Below, in pieces: positions 27,239 to 36,116 of a stretch of 64,000 nt of DNA (within the stretch, counting starts at the first letter, position 1; every line of letters starts with the position of its first letter). This DNA is from a virus. Its lineage: Duplodnaviria; Heunggongvirae; Uroviricota; Caudoviricetes. The DNA lies in the IMG/VR virus record IMGVR_UViG_3300028559_000005; one strand, 5' to 3'. The position numbers were made by a program, and so were the translations under genes. The notes beneath the pieces were generated by a model. It did not search any database. It was not told the DNA's origin and was given only the letters and a program-made list of their open reading frames with translations.

Positions 27239-28164
27239 TTTAGATTTGCCAATTCAATTATGGTAGCACTCAAGTTGATCTCAACATCAGCAACTGAGTT
27301 ATGATTTACAATACCATTGCGAATGATCACAACTGCTTGATCTTTTTGTTCGTCAGTGTCACCCCAAAGATCTAAATTATCATACATCCAACGGAATACA
27401 TCTTCAGCTTCTTCTGGTGTGCTGCTTTGGCAAAGCAAAGTACGTGCTTGTCGAATTTGTCCACGCTTGAACATATCCACACAGTCCAGTTTCCAATCCT
27501 TGGCTGCTTTGTCTGTGGCACTGGGTGGTGCCAATGTGCCCGACTGTGAATTCATTTGTGTTAGATTCAGACACTTGCGTAGATCGGGATATGTGGCTTT
27601 GACGTATGTGTCTAACACATCCAAATCAAACTCCACACCTTCAGTTACTAGCACAGTAGCTACTCGTGCCGTGAACTCTGTGTGATCAGTCTTGGTAATA
27701 TGAAATCCTTGACAACGACTATGTATTGGATCAATAATCTTGTGAGGATAGTTACAAGTCATAATGAATCGCACTGTGCTGGAATAATCTTCCATCAGAT
27801 TGCGCAATGCTGGCTGTACACTTTCCTTGTTCATGTAGTCAGCTTCATCAATCAGCACAACTTTGAACCGGCCAAATGGCATAGTTTGTACAAAGCTGAT
27901 CAGCTTGTCTACCCATTCAATCTTGCGACCTTCCTTGGATCCATTTACATACATTACATCGTACTGATCTATTCCTAGTTCGTTGATCAGTACTTTGGCC
28001 AAAGTGGTCTTGCCCGTACCTGCTGCACCACTCAGCAACAGATGTGGAATTGTACCTTCTCGGATCCATGATTGCACTTGTTCTCGCTGAGAGTCATCCA
28101 CAAACACATATCCGTCAACTGTGCTTGGCCTGTGCGCCTCAACCCATAACTGTCGCATATTCAA
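27235..28164 (-). CDS. Sliding-clamp loader AAA+ subunit (T4 gp44 / RFC-small-like)
   Basis: WVEAHRP, GAAGTGKT, LIDEAD, IHSRC, DLRKCLN. Confidence 0.92.
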   Translation of the reverse strand: MNMRQLWVEAHRPSTVDGYVFVDDSQREQVQSWIREGTIPHLLLSGAAGTGKTTLAKVLINELGIDQYDVMYVNGSKEGRKIEWVDKLISFVQTMPFGRFKVVLIDEADYMNKESVQPALRNLMEDYSSTVRFIMTCNYPHKIIDPIHSRCQGFHITKTDHTEFTARVATVLVTEGVEFDLDVLDTYVKATYPDLRKCLNLTQMNSQSGTLAPPSATDKAAKDWKLDCVDMFKRGQIRQARTLLCQSSTPEEAEDVFRWMYDNLDLWGDTDEQKDQAVVIIRNGIVNHNSVADVEINLSATIIELANLK

Positions 28165-28192
28165 TCCTTTGTTGATTTAAAACTAATATCAC

Positions 28193-28222
28193 ATTATACC
28201 CTTGTTTGACGCAGGTTGTCAA
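28193..28222 (-). promoter_or_regulatory. sigma70-type promoter
   Basis: TTGACA-18 nt-TATAAT on the minus strand, upstream of the clamp loader. Confidence 0.7.
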
Positions 28223-28266
28223 CTTTGCTTTGTTCTTTTCCTCTAACACTGTATGGGCGTCGCCCA

Positions 28267-28455
28267 TTATGTGCGCCCAAGTGGAATGTTTTTGCCAAGC
28301 TGTTGTTCGTGCGAAGATTGTGTTTGCAATTCAGCGGGCAGTGGTGGTGGAACATAACGTTCTTTTGGTAGTTTCTTGCCAAATATTGATTCGTGCCGAT
28401 TGGCCAATTCTTCTTGATCCACCGTGGATTTTCTTGGTCTTGATCCTCTACTCAT
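28267..28455 (-). CDS. Hypothetical protein
   Basis: 62-aa ORF with ATGA coupling. Confidence 0.45.
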   Translation of the reverse strand: MSRGSRPRKSTVDQEELANRHESIFGKKLPKERYVPPPLPAELQTQSSHEQQLGKNIPLGRT

Positions 28456-28700
28456 ACCAGTTCCTCAACAATGCCCAACATTTCGGCTGCAATGAGTAAT
28501 GCTCCGCCAATCACAAGTGATCCTTGAATAAATGCAATACCTGCAACTATTCTAAGTGCGCTTTTGACCAGACTTACATAAAAGTGTCCGCGGCTGGTAT
28601 CTTTGGGTTGAATTTCTATCATGGATTTCCTATGTGGGCAACGCCCCTGTTTATAATCACAGTCTGGTTGAATCAGACTGTGACAAATTTTACATTTCAT
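28452..28700 (-). CDS. Small membrane protein with N-terminal CxxC
   Basis: MKCKIC...C...C followed by a hydrophobic C-terminus. Confidence 0.55.
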   Translation of the reverse strand: MKCKICHSLIQPDCDYKQGRCPHRKSMIEIQPKDTSRGHFYVSLVKSALRIVAGIAFIQGSLVIGGALLIAAEMLGIVEELV

Positions 28701-29188
28701 TGTTGTGTCAAACCACGTTCTACTTCAGCTTTGGCCACACGTCGACGTAGACTTGAACTGGAAAAAGAATGATCTCTTTTGTTGAATACTAGTTCGATGC
28801 CTCGTCGACTACCTTCGTCTCGACCAGTAAAATCTTTGTCGCAGTATTCCACGCCCAAGATACGTACATCCACGGGCAGGATCAATAACAGATCAATGAG
28901 ATCTTGTTCAGTTTGATACACCACAACTTCGTCCACATAGCGGCAAGCAGCCAATTGTATTTGACGTTCTACTATGCTTTGTACTGGTGAGTTTTTGGTA
29001 TCTGGTCGATCTATTGTGGGATCAGTTTGTAGCCCGGCAATGAGATAATCACAGTGGTTCTTGGCTTCACTTAACATGGCAATATGGCCTGCATGAAACA
29101 TGTCAAATGCCGAAAAAACAATCCCAATTTTCTTGCCATCCTTCTTGAGCTGTTTGATGTGATTGAAAATCAATTGTGTTGCATCCAC
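28697..29188 (-). CDS. Glycerol-3-phosphate cytidylyltransferase-like protein (TagD family)
   Basis: FSAFDMFHAGH, YVDEVV, RDHSFSSSSLR. Confidence 0.85.
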   Translation of the reverse strand: MDATQLIFNHIKQLKKDGKKIGIVFSAFDMFHAGHIAMLSEAKNHCDYLIAGLQTDPTIDRPDTKNSPVQSIVERQIQLAACRYVDEVVVYQTEQDLIDLLLILPVDVRILGVEYCDKDFTGRDEGSRRGIELVFNKRDHSFSSSSLRRRVAKAEVERGLTQQ

Positions 29189-29571
29189 TCAGGTTTGGCT
29201 TCCACATGGATTGCTGTGGAGAAAGTGTCATCGTTGGGCTGTTCGTCTGATACCATCATGATATCTTTGGGATCCACACGACGTAGAGTTACCTTGCCGT
29301 TTTCATCTTCAATATCAATACCTCGAGTCCAACGCCCATGTTCAACACAGATCCATTGCCCAGGAACAACATCTTGTTGCTCAGGGCCCACTGCATACAC
29401 TTGGCCCCAGCGCGGGCGAATGCCAGTGCTTTTGCCATTGTCGTTAGGGATAATAATACCACTTGTGGTAATACGTGAATCAAAAACCATGTCACTCACA
29501 ATCACTGAATTTTTCAGTGGTACAATTTGTTGACGTTTTAGTTGGTGTGGCTGAAAAGCAAATTTACTCAT
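29170..29571 (-). CDS. groES: GroES-like co-chaperonin
   Basis: IVPLKNSVIV, TTSGIII, GQVYAVGP. Confidence 0.85.
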   Translation of the reverse strand: MSKFAFQPHQLKRQQIVPLKNSVIVSDMVFDSRITTSGIIIPNDNGKSTGIRPRWGQVYAVGPEQQDVVPGQWICVEHGRWTRGIDIEDENGKVTLRRVDPKDIMMVSDEQPNDDTFSTAIHVEAKPEWMQHN

Positions 29572-29973
29572 TTATTCCTCGTTAGGGTGTGTTGCTGCAC
29601 GAGCCATGGCAGCAGCCAGGCCTGTTACGGGTTGTTCAACTGGCGGCACTGCACCCTGAGCTCGCAAGGCCTGGCGGTGCAATCTTGCTTGCTCTAGTTT
29701 TTCCTGATCAGCTGCTCGAATGGCTGCAACATCTGCATCTTTTTGTGCTTGTGTGCTGGTAGGAATTGGTTCAGGTGCTGCATTGGTAGTACGATTTAGA
29801 TTGCGATTGACCTGTTGTGCTCTAGTAGAGATAATGTTTCCATCAGCATCTAGTTTATCGCCTCGGGCGTTCACTTGCATATTGCCCACCGCTCGCACTT
29901 GTTCATTTTGTGCTTGTAATGCACCAAAGTCAACAACTCGACCTTGCGCTGTTCTGTAAATTTTCTTTGACAT
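29572..29973 (-). CDS. Hypothetical protein
   Basis: 133-aa ORF (YRTAQGRVVD...VGNMQVNARGD); SD AAGGAG. Confidence 0.65.
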   Translation of the reverse strand: MSKKIYRTAQGRVVDFGALQAQNEQVRAVGNMQVNARGDKLDADGNIISTRAQQVNRNLNRTTNAAPEPIPTSTQAQKDADVAAIRAADQEKLEQARLHRQALRAQGAVPPVEQPVTGLAAAMARAATHPNEE

Positions 29974-29992
29974 AATTGTCTCCTTGAGATAT

Positions 29993-30586
29993 TTAACGCA
30001 GGAACTCTGCGATATCTAAATTGTAGTGCAGGCTGTCTATTCTATGTACCCCCAATAGATACAACACATAGCTGGCCACTGAGCTCCCACGTCCTACACC
30101 CCAAATTAGATTGTTTTGTTTCATGATATCTACTAGAAATTTTAGATATTGTAATAGACTAAACAAGTCACGTTCTTGATACAGTAATAGTTCTTCTCCT
30201 ACACGCTGTAATGCTGCTTCAGATTGGCATAGGTTTAACACATGTTCTGCAATGTCTAAGTTTTTGTATTGGTCAGGCATGAGCCAATTGCGTTGGTTTG
30301 TATGATCAAATTCTTCTACTGTTACATCCTGCAATGCTAGTTTGTTGTATTTTACAAAAGCAGGAATATTTTCCAAAATTACAGCAGATGTTTCTAAATT
30401 CACAGTGGCATCCACCAGCATGCCATCTACTTGCATACTATGCCCACGCATGAGCATGTTTACACAGTCGTCTTCGTTGTAGATCAGTTGACCTAGATGA
30501 TCAGTTCTCATCGCTAGGAAACTTAGCAAATACCACGGTATTGGTAGTAGAGTCAGTAATGGGTGTTGATGTTCCGCTCCACTCAA
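29993..30586 (-). CDS. dnaE: Stand-alone fragment of a DNA polymerase III alpha (DnaE)-like protein
   Basis: YLKFLVD.MK.NNLIWGVGRGSSVASYVLYLLGVHRID matches the DnaE GxGRGS motif; only about 170-197 aa. Probable start is MRTDH near 30510. Confidence 0.75.
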   Translation of the reverse strand: MSGAEHQHPLLTLLPIPWYLLSFLAMRTDHLGQLIYNEDDCVNMLMRGHSMQVDGMLVDATVNLETSAVILENIPAFVKYNKLALQDVTVEEFDHTNQRNWLMPDQYKNLDIAEHVLNLCQSEAALQRVGEELLLYQERDLFSLLQYLKFLVDIMKQNNLIWGVGRGSSVASYVLYLLGVHRIDSLHYNLDIAEFLR

Positions 30587-31115
30587 GATCTAAATCACGC
30601 CAAGCTGGTGTACGATTTAGTTTGACCACTTGTTTTTTGTTGCCTATGGCAGGTTTGAAATTGTTATGGATAGGACCAGCATCAACCCACCAACCTGGCT
30701 CATCACACGGCCCTAAACTTTCTTGATCGCTGTGCAAGTATCGAACATTGTCTCCAAGGTTACTTTGTATGGTTATGTCTGTTATTATCATTCGTTGTTC
30801 TAAAATTGCGTTGAGTTTACAGTATAACATAATACCTATCACCTGGTCAATGGGCTCTTCGGGCAATGGAGTAATATTAATACCTGCTGTGGTCAGCGCT
30901 TGCATCTGTTCTTGATTATCTTGTTTGATAAACACAGTGTTGGTAAGTTCGTTATATACAAAATGATTCAACCGTTCCAAACTGGTCACATGATCGTCTT
31001 GATTGGTGGTGTTGGTATAGATAGACAATTCGGCTGTGTAATCATTGATTTGTAGGCGACCGTCAAACCATATGGCAGCACTCCATGCCATGTCATATTC
31101 TAATCTTACGTTCAT
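30501..31115 (-). CDS. Hypothetical protein
   Basis: 204-aa ORF. Confidence 0.6.
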   Translation of the reverse strand: MNVRLEYDMAWSAAIWFDGRLQINDYTAELSIYTNTTNQDDHVTSLERLNHFVYNELTNTVFIKQDNQEQMQALTTAGINITPLPEEPIDQVIGIMLYCKLNAILEQRMIITDITIQSNLGDNVRYLHSDQESLGPCDEPGWWVDAGPIHNNFKPAIGNKKQVVKLNRTPAWRDLDLEWSGTSTPITDSTTNTVVFAKFPSDEN

Positions 31116-31351
31116 GATATATCAATCTTGTTGTTAAATGAGTTGTTTTCGCCTGGTGGCGGTGAGTTCAGCGCCATCATTTTTTGTTGATGTTTACCAG
31201 TATAGCTTGCCAATGCCATGCGAATTTGGTCACAGAGATAGCTATTGCCCATCCTATGCGCTATGCTGAGTTTTTTATGTAGTTCAGAAATTTTTGACCC
31301 TAGTTGTTCTAAGGTCAAATCTTCTAAATTGTTGATAAACGGGTGTTCCAT
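31112..31351 (-). CDS. Hypothetical protein
   Basis: 79-aa ORF; SD AAGGAG; TTGACT-17-TAAACT upstream. Confidence 0.6.
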   Translation of the reverse strand: MEHPFINNLEDLTLEQLGSKISELHKKLSIAHRMGNSYLCDQIRMALASYTGKHQQKMMALNSPPPGENNSFNNKIDIS

Positions 31352-31403
31352 TTGACTCCTTGCTGATTAAGTTTACAGCAACAGTCGGCTAAAGTCAACG
31401 CAT

Positions 31404-32300
31404 TTAGGCAAATACAGTTCCGTTGTTGCCAATACAGAACCATTTGTTGTTGATGTATTGCAATGTTACTGCACTACCAATGGTGTTGAATGTGATAGTC
31501 CCTGTACCAGAAGTTTTCCATCCAGCATTGGTTACGGTGACCACCATGTCCCCTGCATTGGCCAACATCATGATAGTTTTGATTTGACCGTTATAGCCAG
31601 CTGCTAACGTGGCAGTTGCAGCACCTCCACTAGTGGCAAAATATGTAGCTGTGGTAGTGATATTAATGGCACCTAATGCTCCACTACCTGTGCCAAGATT
31701 TTGAGTGCTGGGTAGATAAATTGGATCCTGGTTCTGACTAGAATCAAATACCGAAATAGTAGTACCGCCATTGCTGGTAGTGAAATCGTATGTGTATGTT
31801 CCTGTCTTATTATAAGTGATCACTCCGGCGTTATACCCTTGTAGATTACTGGTTCCCACGCTGACAGTATTGGGTAACGTAACAGTATAACCAATATTAG
31901 TTACTGTGATTTCCACACGAACTATACCAAAATTACCAGCTGCTGGAAAGTTGGTAAATGCCAAAGATATTGATCCACTGGTGGTCACAGTTTGATAGTG
32001 CCCGTCAACATAATCAATGGTCACTGAGCCTGATTGATTGCCTAGCTGGGCTACTATTGCACTGAAATCAGAAATGTTGGCATTACTTAATGGGCTGCCA
32101 GCCATGTCGTTGTCCAATACAGTGCCTACTAATGCTGCTTTAAGCACTGCTTTGCTTTGAAGATCAGTAATTTCATTGGCTGCATACTGAAAGTTAGTTT
32201 TGGTATTGGTGAAGTTGTCACGAAAACCTTGACTGTTGTTATCTTGTCCGGCTACTGGATAGGTGCCGTCGATGTCGTTTGGGTTAATTGCACTGGTCAT
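31404..32300 (-). CDS. Structural (baseplate/tail) protein
   Basis: YPVAGQDNNSQGFRDNF N-terminus; Thr/Gly/Asn-rich beta composition; lies in the tail cluster. Confidence 0.65.
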   Translation of the reverse strand: MTSAINPNDIDGTYPVAGQDNNSQGFRDNFTNTKTNFQYAANEITDLQSKAVLKAALVGTVLDNDMAGSPLSNANISDFSAIVAQLGNQSGSVTIDYVDGHYQTVTTSGSISLAFTNFPAAGNFGIVRVEITVTNIGYTVTLPNTVSVGTSNLQGYNAGVITYNKTGTYTYDFTTSNGGTTISVFDSSQNQDPIYLPSTQNLGTGSGALGAINITTTATYFATSGGAATATLAAGYNGQIKTIMMLANAGDMVVTVTNAGWKTSGTGTITFNTIGSAVTLQYINNKWFCIGNNGTVFA

Positions 32301-32309
32301 ATGTTTGTC

Positions 32310-35177
32310 CTACACTAAAATGTTCCTACGGGGAAATACTAGATATTTATCGAATGCATCTGTGTTGGTATAGATATCAACAGGTGCTTCGAATCTCATA
32401 CTAGTGGCGTCAAATGTTGTTTCAATTCCAGATCCGATTACCAGATCAAACTGGGCACCTGTACCTGTTCCTATTATGTTGGTACTAGATATATTGTTGA
32501 ATGCCTTATTCAAAGCCCAGTTGTTATATGTACCTGATCCCACTGTGGCCGTGACAAATACAACCAAATTACCAGTTACTGCAGAGTACGAGGTAACTGC
32601 TCCAAACATGTAATTGGATTGATCGTACGCAATAGTCAGGTACTGTCCTATAGAATAAGGCATTCCTGGACTTACGTTTAAATTTTTAGAACCGTTGCCC
32701 AGGGTCAAGCTGGTATTGCTAACTGTACTGTATTGAATCAATAACGGGGCAGTACCAGTATAATTTACTGTGGTTATTGCACCAGTTGTAGTGTTTATAT
32801 CTTGAACATTAATGATTACATCATTTAAAACATCTGTGCCGCTTAGATCACTGCCCTGGATCAGTATCTTGTCACCAATATTGTATCCAGTTCCACCATT
32901 TGCAATTGATATAATCACATAATGAAGTAACAAATCAAACGTAGTTTCGGCACCCGGGGGTACCCATGCACCGTGAGTTGAGTCTGCAATCGGATCCCAA
33001 TTTATACTGAGTAGTCTATCTAGTTCATAACGATCAACTTCAAAATCAACCAGATTAAGTTGTTGACCAAACTGAGTTCTTACATTATATGCAATTTGTC
33101 CCGAAGTTCCGGGGTTGCAATAGGCTATGACCCAGGCCGGAGTAAATCCTAATACTTTTCCATCTGCTTGCTTGCTCAACATCCACAACGGCAACAAGTT
33201 TGAAATTTGCCCAACTACATCAATCACTTGATTACGCATGTTGTCCAAGCTGTTGGGATACACTGTGGCAATCTCTGTGCTGTCACCTGCATTGATTGGA
33301 TAAGGCAGTGTGACTTGTTTACTCACGCTGATACCTGAATTATTAACCAAATTATCTTGTATAGCACTATAAACTACTTCATAAATCACATTTCCAGTTG
33401 CGGGATCTATGGCTTGAGCTGTTTTAATTTCGCCTAGTATTAAGTTTTTCCAGTAATGATTTTCAATCAAACTACTGATATACAGTTCATAAGTCGAACT
33501 GGTCAACCCAAAGCAATGATCATAAATTACTGAAGTTGCTATCCCAAAGTTAGGATCTTGAGATCTAAATATCTTGTCTGGTGGAAATATATCTGAATTT
33601 TGAATCAAACTGTTGATCAATGCACGATTTGAATATGGTGGCATTGCTTTGATATAGAGATTTTCGTACGGCTCGTTGTACACTCGTAACACTTTTACTG
33701 TGAATGTTTTGAACACAGATATTTGTCCGTCGGAGGAAAATGCATTTACTGTGAATGTGAATTGACTATCAAATGTGGTCTCTTGTGGAGATTGAATTAG
33801 ATTGGTGCGTAATTCTTTATCAAAAGTAGTAGTTCCTAGATCCAACGCAAAAGTATTAAAACTCACACGGCCGGCAATTTCTCCTGATGGCAATAATGAT
33901 AATCCCTGTGGCAACTTATTGTAAAATCCTGGCACGTAATCAGTAGGAGGAATTGCACCCGGACGTAGTCGATACTGCAATGAACGTCCACCAGTGTTAA
34001 CTGCTTGAACTTGTAATAAACTAGTTGATCCGTTGATTATACTACCAAGATCTGAATCTGTGAGCCATATTACTTGTGTTTCTACCTGGCCAGTTATGGT
34101 CACACTGAAATAGTATGGATCAGAATTTATCACTGGGTCGGCTGTATCTATTAGATAGATAGCAAAGTTATATGTGATTTCTGTAATGCCCAAATCTGGC
34201 AGATATCCATACAACCAACCAGTGAATGGATCAAGTGTAGTACCCGGCGGTAATTGTAATCCAACGCCTGGATATTCCAAGTATTCAATTGTATAAGGAC
34301 CAAATGTTAATCCTTTGAATTGATATGCCCAGAAGTTGTCTGAACGAACTACACCAAGATCGCTTGGTGTGGCATTGGTCAAGAATGGCGAATAATTAGG
34401 AGTCTGTGATGCATCAACAAAAGTGTCATCTGAGGTGATGTCTGTGGTGGATGCTTGCAGAGTAGTTCTACTGTATACATAAATTTGATAATTTCTCAAA
34501 TCACTACTTTTACCATCAGTTACACGTAATGTGAATTGGTAATTGGTATTGGGACTTTGTCTAACAAAGTCAAACGGAAACATATCAAAGTTTTGTTGAA
34601 ATCTATCAAACCCGCCAGTTTCGTTAATGGGATTAACTGGAATAATATATCCAGTAATGAGCCCTTGAGTGCTGATAGATAGTCCTGGTGGTAATGTGCC
34701 TGCTGCCACAGTTATAATTGTGGTATCGCCGGGGTCTGGGTCAGAAATTTGTATTTGTATAGGATCAATAGGAGTTCCATCATAGAAGGTTCCTACATTG
34801 CCAGTGGGGGTGATAAATTGAGGAGGGTTTTGTCCAGTCACTGTGAGACTGAATGTGCGATCCGCCAGTCGATCAATTACCACCTGTCCCAATACTGTTT
34901 TTTTAGTGTAGGCACGTATAGCAAACACACTTGTGGTATCTGAATTCACCGGCAACGGAACTCCTTGAATGTTAGCAACAGCTTGTGGTGTTCCAGAAAT
35001 TACGCCAGATGAATTGCATTGTATACCGGGCGGCAGTTGCCCTGCTAGCAAAACATAAAATACTTCGTTACCTGATGGGTCCGCTGGGTCATATGCCACC
35101 AATGGTACCTGATAAAAAATACCTTCTGGTATGGTACCTAAACTTCCGGTATCAGTGACCCAAACTGGTTGTGCCAT
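32310..35177 (-). CDS. Baseplate-wedge-like protein with putative Ig-like repeats
   Basis: PVWVTDTGSLG; repeated LPPG.x.SSG.ISG.P motifs (He_PIG-like); TTFD repeats. Confidence 0.7.
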   Translation of the reverse strand: MAQPVWVTDTGSLGTIPEGIFYQVPLVAYDPADPSGNEVFYVLLAGQLPPGIQCNSSGVISGTPQAVANIQGVPLPVNSDTTSVFAIRAYTKKTVLGQVVIDRLADRTFSLTVTGQNPPQFITPTGNVGTFYDGTPIDPIQIQISDPDPGDTTIITVAAGTLPPGLSISTQGLITGYIIPVNPINETGGFDRFQQNFDMFPFDFVRQSPNTNYQFTLRVTDGKSSDLRNYQIYVYSRTTLQASTTDITSDDTFVDASQTPNYSPFLTNATPSDLGVVRSDNFWAYQFKGLTFGPYTIEYLEYPGVGLQLPPGTTLDPFTGWLYGYLPDLGITEITYNFAIYLIDTADPVINSDPYYFSVTITGQVETQVIWLTDSDLGSIINGSTSLLQVQAVNTGGRSLQYRLRPGAIPPTDYVPGFYNKLPQGLSLLPSGEIAGRVSFNTFALDLGTTTFDKELRTNLIQSPQETTFDSQFTFTVNAFSSDGQISVFKTFTVKVLRVYNEPYENLYIKAMPPYSNRALINSLIQNSDIFPPDKIFRSQDPNFGIATSVIYDHCFGLTSSTYELYISSLIENHYWKNLILGEIKTAQAIDPATGNVIYEVVYSAIQDNLVNNSGISVSKQVTLPYPINAGDSTEIATVYPNSLDNMRNQVIDVVGQISNLLPLWMLSKQADGKVLGFTPAWVIAYCNPGTSGQIAYNVRTQFGQQLNLVDFEVDRYELDRLLSINWDPIADSTHGAWVPPGAETTFDLLLHYVIISIANGGTGYNIGDKILIQGSDLSGTDVLNDVIINVQDINTTTGAITTVNYTGTAPLLIQYSTVSNTSLTLGNGSKNLNVSPGMPYSIGQYLTIAYDQSNYMFGAVTSYSAVTGNLVVFVTATVGSGTYNNWALNKAFNNISSTNIIGTGTGAQFDLVIGSGIETTFDATSMRFEAPVDIYTNTDAFDKYLVFPRRNILV

Positions 35178-35181
35178 GATT

Positions 35182-35955
35182 TTACATTCTTCCTACAACA
35201 ATTTCTATTTTGCCATTCTTGCCATTAAAATTTTCTAATGCTTTACCAATCACTGTGCCCATTGTCGGCGTAGAACAGGCTTGAGCGTATCCGTTGCCAG
35301 CAGATACCATCATGTCTCCCTTGACCACCGGACCATGCACCAACGTGGGAACACGACCAGTTAATGCCACTATGGCTCTGTGGTCAGCAGTGAGTCCGTT
35401 ATTCATCAAGTAACTGGGATTTTCAGATATCACCCCAGCTACTCTAGGATCTCCTGACTTCTGAGTTAATGTGACTTCTTTGTCACCGCCAAATACCACC
35501 ACAGTACCAGGTGAATAGTCTGCATCCGCTTCGTAAACTTCGGCCAGGTCAGCATACAATGCTGTGGTTGCTTGTGCAAATACTCGATTGAAATATGAAC
35601 TGGTTGATCCAATGTTGCCCACAGAATTGGCAGCACCATTTACAATGGCTGTGGCTTGGGCACCACCGCTATTCACAGTAAGTGCAGTGGTCATTGCCAC
35701 ACTGGACCCAGAGATACCGCCAGTGACTGATACTGTAGTTCCTGCAATAGTGCCGGCACTCACAGTACCAGTTGTACTTAAATTTCCACCAGTGACTGTG
35801 CCTGTTGCAGATACTGTGGTAGCATTCTGAGTTATAAAAGCACCCAACGTGGTGACTGATACCTTATAGGTGCTACCAGAAAAATCAACTGGGGCTACAG
35901 TGGCTCCGTCAATGGTTACCGTTTCTGTTAATCCAGATATGCTTGTGGTTGCCAT
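35182..35955 (-). CDS. Short tail-fibre-like protein with C-terminal intramolecular chaperone / autocleavage domain
   Basis: [10 protein letters not shown]...[12 protein letters not shown]...VALTGRVP...GD.MVS...IGKALE. Confidence 0.75.
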   Translation of the reverse strand: MATTSISGLTETVTIDGATVAPVDFSGSTYKVSVTTLGAFITQNATTVSATGTVTGGNLSTTGTVSAGTIAGTTVSVTGGISGSSVAMTTALTVNSGGAQATAIVNGAANSVGNIGSTSSYFNRVFAQATTALYADLAEVYEADADYSPGTVVVFGGDKEVTLTQKSGDPRVAGVISENPSYLMNNGLTADHRAIVALTGRVPTLVHGPVVKGDMMVSAGNGYAQACSTPTMGTVIGKALENFNGKNGKIEIVVGRM

Positions 35956-36116
35956 GCGTATTTCCTTAAATGGTGATCAACAAGTCACCAGACAGAGTGG
36001 TAATATTTAACCCACTGATGGTGACAATTTCTGTTCCAGGTGGCGGCCCACCTTGTATACTCCATCCACTGGCTATTCTCCATCCTCTTCCTATGTTTAT
36101 ACCCATTTTATTTTCC

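Noticed and set aside
30501-31115. QueD/PTPS (T-fold) assignment
   Set aside because: There is only a vague resemblance in spacing, and the HGHxY zinc/catalytic motif is absent.
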